Shown here one piece after another: positions 57,998 to 64,000 of a stretch of DNA of 64,000 nt (its first letter is position 1; every line of letters begins with the position of its first letter). Below the pieces are notes generated by a model. That model had not been told where the DNA came from. It saw only the letters and a list, made by a program, of their open reading frames with translations, and ran no database searches. Source of the DNA: an uncultured Actinomycetota bacterium (GTDB lineage Bacteria > Actinomycetota > Actinomycetes > Mycobacteriales > Mycobacteriaceae); the NCBI GenBank assembly GCA_963770125.1, contig CAVYPI010000047.1, forward strand, positions 10,206 to 74,205. The letters are read 5' to 3'. The translations under genes and the position numbers were made by a program.

Positions 57998-58186
57998 TTC
58001 GAAGGGTTAGCGCGCCGATTGCGGGTAGGCGACGCACGGCGCACAGCCGTAGGCGACACATTCGTCCGTACCGCATCCGGAGGTAGAGCATGGCCAAATA
58101 CGTCCGTGGAGTCGAATTTTGCTGCCGGGCTGTTGGCGTCGATGCTCGACCGGGCCCGTGACATCCTCAAACAGGCAACGGCGTAG
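57998..58186 (+). pseudogene. Degenerate 3' fragment of a hemerythrin paralog
   Basis: NFAAGLLASMLDRARD versus NFTVGPFASMLDRARD in the upstream gene. Confidence 0.72.
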
Positions 58187-58212
58187 CCGCAGTCCAATGT
58201 GCTGAACTGAAG

Positions 58213-58254
58213 CAAAATCGCCCGTCACGTCGGAGGTGCGGGCGATTTTGTTTT
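58213..58254 (+). terminator. Intrinsic terminator
   Basis: CAAAATCGCCCG...CGGGCGATTTTG followed by TTTT. Confidence 0.75.
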
Positions 58255-58449
58255 GCCGGTCGCCGTCAGTGGGGCGCCGCGCCGCCGTGTTGACATAATG
58301 TCCGGAAGGCAATTCACACGGGAGTTGCGGCCTGGGCGAGACTGGGTCACAGCAAAAGGCCAAAGGACGACACACCGGCCCGGAAGCTGAGTCACAGAGG
58401 TAACACCAGGCACACTGGTAACTGTCAACTACGCCTGGAGGGTGTTGCC

Positions 58450-59188
58450 GTGTACCGAGTTTTTGAAGCGCTCGACGAGTTGGGCGCGATTGTCGAAGAA
58501 GCCCGCGGCGTGCCGATGACGGCGGGCTGCATGGTGCCCCGCGGCGATGTCCTCGAGCTGATCGACGACATCAAGGATGCGATACCCGGTGAGCTCGACG
58601 ACGCCCAGGACGTCCTCGACGCGCGTGACTCGTTGCTGCGCGACGCCAAGGAGCATTCCGAGTCGATGGTCTCCACGGCCACCGCCGAGGCCGATTCGCT
58701 GATCAACCACTCCCGCGCCGAAGCCGACCGGCTGATTGGCCGACGCCAAGGCGCAGGCCGACCGGATGGTGGCCGAGGCCCGCCAGCACAGCGAACGGAT
58801 GGTCGGCGAGGCCCGCGACGAGGCGAACCGCATCGCCGCCACCGCCAAGCGGGAGTACGAGGCCAGCACCGGGCGCGCCAAGACCGAGGCTGACCGGCTC
58901 ATCGAGAACGGCAACCTGGCCTACGAGAAGGCCGTGCAGGAAGGCATCAAGGAGCAGCAGCGGCTGGTGTCGCAGACCGAGATCGTGCAGACCGCGACGG
59001 CCGAGGCGACCCGGCTGATCGATTCGGCGCACGCCGAGGCCGACCGCCTGCGCGGTGAGTGCGACATCTACGTCGACAGCAAGCTCGCGGAGTTCGAGGA
59101 CTTCCTGAACGGAACCCTTCGGTCGGTGGGCCGCGGCCGCCACCAGCTGCGCACCGCAGCCGGAACCCACGATTACGCGGCGCGGTAG
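58450..59188 (+). CDS. sepIVA: Coiled-coil cell division protein SepIVA (Rv2927c-like), frameshift near 58736
   Basis: MYRVFEALDELGAIVEEARGVPMTAGC; C-terminal CDIYVDSKLAEFE lies in the next frame. Confidence 0.88.
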
Positions 59189-59218
59189 CTTGCGATCGTC
59201 GCCGTAGGATTGACATTT

Positions 59219-59803
59219 ATGGCGACGCATGCGAACGCGGCGGCGCGCCGCGCCTCACGATCGCCGCTCGTGATCAACATTTCCCGGCTCGGCCGGCGGC
59301 CCGGGTCGATGATGACCTTCTCCGAGACGGTGCCTAGCCCGTCGCGCATCGGGCTGGATCTGATCGGGATCGACGGAGGCGCGCCGCTCAAGCTGGATCT
59401 GCGGATCGAATCCGTGTCGGAGGGAGTGCTGGTCACCGGAACGGTGTCTGCGCCGACGTCGGGGGAGTGCGCACGTTGCCTGACCCCGATCACCGGTGAG
59501 GTCGAGATCGACCTCACCGAGCTGTTCGCCTACCCCGACAGCGCGACCGACGAGACCACTGAGTCGGACGAGAGTCGGACGCGTCGGCTCCAGTGGTCAG
59601 CCGACACCGTCGACCTCGAGCAGCCGATCATCGACGCGATCGGGCTGGCGCTGCCGTTCTCACCGCTGTGCGGGCCGGACTGTGCGGGTCTGTGCCCGCA
59701 GTGCGGCGTGCCGCTGGCCACCGCCGAGCCGGGCCATCACCACGACCAGATCGATCCGCGGTGGGCCAAGCTCGCCGGCATGTTGGATCGGGAGGACGAG
59801 TGA
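59219..59803 (+). CDS. YceD/DUF177 family protein
   Basis: GECARCL, LCGPDCAGLCPQCG, IDPRWAKL; likely compensating indels at about 59571-59602. Confidence 0.9.
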   Translation: MATHANAAARRASRSPLVINISRLGRRPGSMMTFSETVPSPSRIGLDLIGIDGGAPLKLDLRIESVSEGVLVTGTVSAPTSGECARCLTPITGEVEIDLTELFAYPDSATDETTESDESRTRRLQWSADTVDLEQPIIDAIGLALPFSPLCGPDCAGLCPQCGVPLATAEPGHHHDQIDPRWAKLAGMLDREDE

Positions 59804-60495
59804 GCGATCGACCGCGCGCCCCTGCTCAAGGCGTTGAGTGTCGACCTGCCCGACGAACTGCTGACGATCGCGCTGACGCACCGCAGCTACTCCTACGAGA
59901 ACGGCGGGCTGCCCACCAACGAGCGCCTGGAGTTCCTCGGCGACGCCGTGCTCGGGCTGACCATCACCGAGGAGCTCTATCACCGGCACCCCGACCGCAC
60001 CGAGGGCGACCTGGCCAAGCTGCGCGCCAGCATCGTCAACACCCAGGCACTGGCCGACGTCGGCCGGCATCTGTCCGACGACGGCCTCGGCGCCTACCTG
60101 CTGCTGGGCAAGGGTGAGGAGCACTCCGGCGGCGCCGACAAGTCGAGCATCCTGGCCGACGGGGTCGAATCCTTGCTGGGCGCAATCTATTTGGAGCATG
60201 GCATCGTGGTGGCCCGCGAGGTGATCCTGCGGCTGTTCGGCGCGCTGCTGGACACCGCGCCGACGCTGGGTGCGGGGCTGGACTGGAAGAGCAGCCTGCA
60301 GGAGCTGACCGCCTCGCGCGGCATGGGAGCGCCATCGTATGTGGTGACCTCCACCGGCCCCGACCACGACAAGGAATTCACCGCGACGGTCATCGTCACC
60401 GACGTCGAGTACGGCAAGGGCGTCGGCCGGACGAAGAAGGAGGCCGAGCTGAAGGCCGCCGCGGCCGCGTGGACCGTGCTCCGCCGAGTGCCTGA
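59800..60495 (+). CDS. rnc: Ribonuclease III; apparent indels near the start and the stop
   Basis: [34 protein letters not shown] dsRBD. Confidence 0.92.
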
Positions 60496-61345
60496 GCTGC
60501 CCGAAGTCGAGGTCGTCCGGCGCGGATTGGCGGCTCACGTGACGGGTCGAACCATCACCGCCGTGCGGGTGCACCACCCGCGCGCGGTGCGTCGTCACGA
60601 AGCGGGTCCCGCCGACCTGACCGCGCGGCTGCTCGGTGCGCGGATCATCGGCACCGGCAGGCGCGGCAAGTACCTGTGGCTGACACTCGACGACGGGTCT
60701 GCCCTTGTGGTGCATCTGGGGATGAGCGGGCAGATGTTGTTGGGGGAGGTGCCGAACGAGAACCACTTGCGCATCGCGACGCTGCTCGACGACGGCACCG
60801 CGCTGAGCTTCGTCGACCAGCGCACGTTCGGTGGCTGGATGCTCGCCGACCTGGTGACGGTCGACGGCACCGACGTGCCGATGCCCGTCGCGCATCTGGC
60901 CCGCGATCCGCTCGACCCGGCATTCAATCGCGACGGCGTCGTTATGGTGTTGCGGCGCAAGCACTCTGAGATCAAACGCCAACTGCTGGACCAGACGGTG
61001 GTGTCGGGCATCGGCAATATCTACGCCGACGAGGCGCTGTGGCGGGCCAAGATCAACGGCGCGCGGCTGGCGTCGTCGCTGACCCGCGCGAAGTTGGCCG
61101 AGCTGCTCGACGCCGCCGCCGACGTGATGACCGACGCGCTGGGGCAGGGCGGCACGTCGTTCGACTCGCTGTACGTCAACGTCAACGGCGAGTCCGGCTA
61201 CTTCGACCGGTCGCTGGATGCGTACGGCCGCGAGGGCGAGCCGTGCCGGCGCTGCGGCGCGGTGATGCGGCGGGAGAAGTTCATGAACCGGTCGTCGTTC
61301 TACTGCCCGAAGTGCCAACCGCGCCCACGGGTGCGCCGTACCTAA
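60488..61345 (+). CDS. mutM: Formamidopyrimidine-DNA glycosylase
   Basis: PELPEVE N-terminus, [19 protein letters not shown]...CPKC zinc finger. Confidence 0.95.
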   Translation: MPELPEVEVVRRGLAAHVTGRTITAVRVHHPRAVRRHEAGPADLTARLLGARIIGTGRRGKYLWLTLDDGSALVVHLGMSGQMLLGEVPNENHLRIATLLDDGTALSFVDQRTFGGWMLADLVTVDGTDVPMPVAHLARDPLDPAFNRDGVVMVLRRKHSEIKRQLLDQTVVSGIGNIYADEALWRAKINGARLASSLTRAKLAELLDAAADVMTDALGQGGTSFDSLYVNVNGESGYFDRSLDAYGREGEPCRRCGAVMRREKFMNRSSFYCPKCQPRPRVRRT

Positions 61346-61407
61346 CGCCGAGTTCGACGTTTCGGTGGCTCCACTCGCTCTTTTTCGCCCGTTTGTCCGT
61401 TCGGGCG
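61346..61407. repeat. ~62-nt REP-like element, family A
   Basis: CGCCGAGTTCGACGTTT...ACTCGC...TGTCCGTTCGGGCG, similar to 41400-41462. Confidence 0.75.
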
Positions 61408-61419
61408 AGGATGGGAACC

Positions 61420-61836
61420 ATGACGGACTTGTGGGTTGAGCGCACCGGCGTGCGCCGCTACACCGGGCGCAGCACACGCGGCGCGGAGGTGCTCGTCGGC
61501 TCGGAAGACGTCGAGGGTGTCTTCACGCCGGGCGAGCTGATGAAGATCGCGCTGGCCGCATGCAGCGGGATGAGCAGCGACGCTCCGCTGCGTCGCCGGC
61601 TCGGCGACGACTACAACACCACGATCAAGGTGTCCGGCCCCGCCGACCGCGAGCAGGAGCGCTATCCGCTGCTCGAAGAGCTCATGGAACTCGACCTGTC
61701 CGGGCTCTCCGACGACGAGGTCGCGCGGCTGCTGACCGTCGTTGAGCGGGCCATCGATCAGGTGTGCACGGTCGGCCGCACCCTGAAATCTGGGACCAAA
61801 GTGACGTTTGAGGTCAGTGATGCAGGAGTTAGCTGA
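61420..61836 (+). CDS. OsmC family protein (Rv2923c-like)
   Basis: [23 protein letters not shown]. Confidence 0.87.
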   Translation: MTDLWVERTGVRRYTGRSTRGAEVLVGSEDVEGVFTPGELMKIALAACSGMSSDAPLRRRLGDDYNTTIKVSGPADREQERYPLLEELMELDLSGLSDDEVARLLTVVERAIDQVCTVGRTLKSGTKVTFEVSDAGVS

Positions 61837-62104
61837 CGTACGGTTGACCGCCTGGGTACACGGCCACGTCCAGGGCGTGGGATTCCGCTGGTGGACGCGG
61901 TCGCGAGCGCTGGAGCTCGGGCTGACCGGCTTTGCCTCCAACAGGCCCGACGGCCGTGTCCAGGTCGTCGCCCAGGGCCGGCGCGACGCCTGCCAGCGGT
62001 TGCTTGACCTGCTACAAAGCGGCAGCACGCCCGGTCACGTCGACAAAGTCGTCGCCGACTGGTCAGAACCGGGCGACGCGCTCCACGGGTTCACCGAGCG
62101 TTAG
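61820..62104 (+). CDS. acyP: Acylphosphatase
   Basis: [22 protein letters not shown]. Confidence 0.92.
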   Translation: MQELADVRLTAWVHGHVQGVGFRWWTRSRALELGLTGFASNRPDGRVQVVAQGRRDACQRLLDLLQSGSTPGHVDKVVADWSEPGDALHGFTER

Positions 62105-62130
62105 CCTGCGCGACGGTAGTGTGGCACGTC

Positions 62131-64000
62131 GTGCACCTCAAGAGTCTGACGCTGAAGGGCTTCAAGTCCTTTGCCTCACCGACGACTCTGCGCTTCGAAC
62201 CCGGCATCACCTGCGTGGTCGGCCCGAACGGGTCTGGCAAGTCGAACGTGGTCGACGCGCTGACGTGGGTGATGGGTGAGCACAGCGCCAAAAGCCTGCG
62301 CGGCGGAAAGATGGAAGACGTCATCTTCGCCGGGACGTCGTCGCGGGCCCCGCTCGGCCGCGCCGAGGTCACCGTGACGATCGACAACTCCGACAACGCG
62401 CTGCCGATCGAGTACTCCGAGGTGTCGATCACCCGCCGGATGTTCCGCGACGGTGCCAGCGAGTACGAAATCAACGGCAGCGGTTGCCGTTTGATGGATG
62501 TGCAGGAGTTGCTCTCCGACTCTGGCATCGGCCGCGAGATGCACGTCATCGTCGGCCAGGGCAAACTCGCCGAGATCCTCGAGTCGCGGCCGGAGGACCG
62601 GCGCGCGTTCATCGAGGAAGCCGCCGGGGTGCTCAAGCACCGCAAGCGCAAGGAAAAGGCGGTCCGCAAGCTCGACGCGATGTCCGCCAACCTTGCCCGG
62701 CTGACCGACCTGACGACCGAGTTGCGCCGCCAGCTCAAGCCCCTGGGCCGCCAAGCTGAGATGGCCCGTCGCGCCCAGACCATCCAGGCCGACCTGCGCG
62801 ATGCCAGGCTTCGGCTGGCCGCCGATGACCTGGTCAGCCGCAAGGCCGAGTTCGACAACACCGATCAGGCCGAGACCACCCTGCGCCGCGAACACGACGA
62901 CGCCGCCAACCGGCTCGAAGCGAAAACCGTCGAACTGAACGCGCACGAAACGGCGGTCAATACCCTCAGCGAGCGCGCCGAGGCCGCCCAGCAGACCTGG
63001 TTCCGGCTCTCAGCGCTGGCCGAACGGCTCAGCGCGACCGTGCGCATCGCCAGCGAGCGCGCACAGCACCTCGACGCCGAGCCCGAAGCGTCCAGCGGTC
63101 CCGACCCAGAGGCCCTCGAGGCCCAAGCCGAAGAGGTCGCTGCCCAGGAGCGGCAACTGCTCGACGAGCTGGCCCAATCGCGCACCCGGCTGGAGGCGGC
63201 CCGCACCGAACTCACCGAGCGCGAACGCATCGCAGCCGAAGCCGAGCGCGCCCACCTGGCCGCCGCCCGCGCTGAGGCCGACCGCCGTGAAGGCCTGGCG
63301 CGGCTGGCCGGACAGGTCGACACCATGCGTACCCGCGTTGAATCGATCGACGAGACCGTGGCCCGCCTGTCCGTCGGCATCGAGGAAGCCGCTGCCAAAG
63401 CCCAGCAGACACAGGCCGAGTTCGAGACCGTCCAGACGCGCGTCGGTGAGCTCGACGCCGGCGAGGTCGGACTCGACGAACACCACGACCGCACGGTGGC
63501 CGCGCTCCGGCTGGCCGATGAACGCGTCGCCGAACTGCAGGCGGCCGAGCGCGGCGCCGAGCGTCAAGTGGCCTCGCTGCGGGCACGCATCGAGGCGTTG
63601 TCGGTCGGGCTGGATCGCAAGGACGGCGCGGCGTGGCTGCAGAAAAACCACGGCGGCGCAGGGCTTTTCGGGTCGATCGCCAATCTTCTGAAGGTGCGTC
63701 CCGGCTACGAGGTGGCGGTGGCCGCGGTGCTCGGCGCTGCCGCAGACGCCGTCGCCGCGGAGAACTTCGGCGCCGCCCGGTCGGCCGTCGCGGCGCTGAA
63801 GGAATCCGACGGCGGCCGTGCGGCCATCGTGCTGGGCGACTGGCCCCACCAGGCGGCGCCGGCCGTCGGGAACCCGCCCGACGGCGCGGTGTGGGCGATC
63901 GACCTGGTCGAGGCGCCGTCGCGGCTGCAGGGTGCGGTCACGGCGATGCTGTCCGGCGTCGCGGTGGTGCGCGACCTGACCGCCGCGCTGGATCTCGTCG
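62131..64000 (+). CDS. smc: Chromosome segregation protein SMC (3' partial)
   Basis: [15 protein letters not shown], Walker [10 protein letters not shown], long coiled coil; frame is open to the window end. Confidence 0.96.
   Translation, partial: MHLKSLTLKGFKSFASPTTLRFEPGITCVVGPNGSGKSNVVDALTWVMGEHSAKSLRGGKMEDVIFAGTSSRAPLGRAEVTVTIDNSDNALPIEYSEVSITRRMFRDGASEYEINGSGCRLMDVQELLSDSGIGREMHVIVGQGKLAEILESRPEDRRAFIEEAAGVLKHRKRKEKAVRKLDAMSANLARLTDLTTELRRQLKPLGRQAEMARRAQTIQADLRDARLRLAADDLVSRKAEFDNTDQAETTLRREHDDAANRLEAKTVELNAHETAVNTLSERAEAAQQTWFRLSALAERLSATVRIASERAQHLDAEPEASSGPDPEALEAQAEEVAAQERQLLDELAQSRTRLEAARTELTERERIAAEAERAHLAAARAEADRREGLARLAGQVDTMRTRVESIDETVARLSVGIEEAAAKAQQTQAEFETVQTRVGELDAGEVGLDEHHDRTVAALRLADERVAELQAAERGAERQVASLRARIEALSVGLDRKDGAAWLQKNHGGAGLFGSIANLLKVRPGYEVAVAAVLGAAADAVAAENFGAARSAVAALKESDGGRAAIVLGDWPHQAAPAVGNPPDGAVWAIDLVEAPSRLQGAVTAMLSGVAVVRDLTAALDLV

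Noticed and set aside
58340-58430. GTCACA/GTAACA words upstream of sepIVA as MtrA or GlnR boxes
   Set aside because: Half-site spacing does not fit GTNAC-N6-GTNAC; too weak to call

Overview
A GC-rich mycobacterial core-chromosome segment, syntenic with M. tuberculosis Rv3014c to Rv2922c (ligA 3' end, gatCA, pfkA, gatB, ilvBNC, serA, leuB, gltX, tRNA-Gln, tRNA-Glu, leuCD, hupB, mutT1, ppk1, cofC, gpsA, ddl, thiL, ung, rpmB, recG, pyc, coaD, sepIVA, rnc, mutM, smc 5' part). There is no PDIM/PGL locus between coaD and sepIVA, and a cystathionine gamma-lyase and a hemerythrin gene are present, which points to a rapid-growing Mycolicibacterium-type organism (inference). Small accessory inserts: a crotonase, a protein made of two peptidoglycan-binding domains only, two MarR cassettes and one TetR cassette with visible operators, wrbA, and an SDR plus F420-type LLM oxidoreductase pair. 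Several gene remnants are also present. I see no CRISPR array, prophage, integrase, IS or defence system, and no clearly new multi-gene system. The best leads are a dispersed family of ~63-nt palindromic repeats, MIRU-like or short repeat inserts at gene junctions, a shared candidate IclR operator, a probable CTG start for rsmD, and remnants of a hemerythrin paralog and possibly a P450. Many single-base indels break conserved genes; these are most likely sequencing or assembly errors, so apparent pseudogenes and the rnc-mutM fusion need caution. All assignments come from recognising motifs and gene order by eye; no searches were run.
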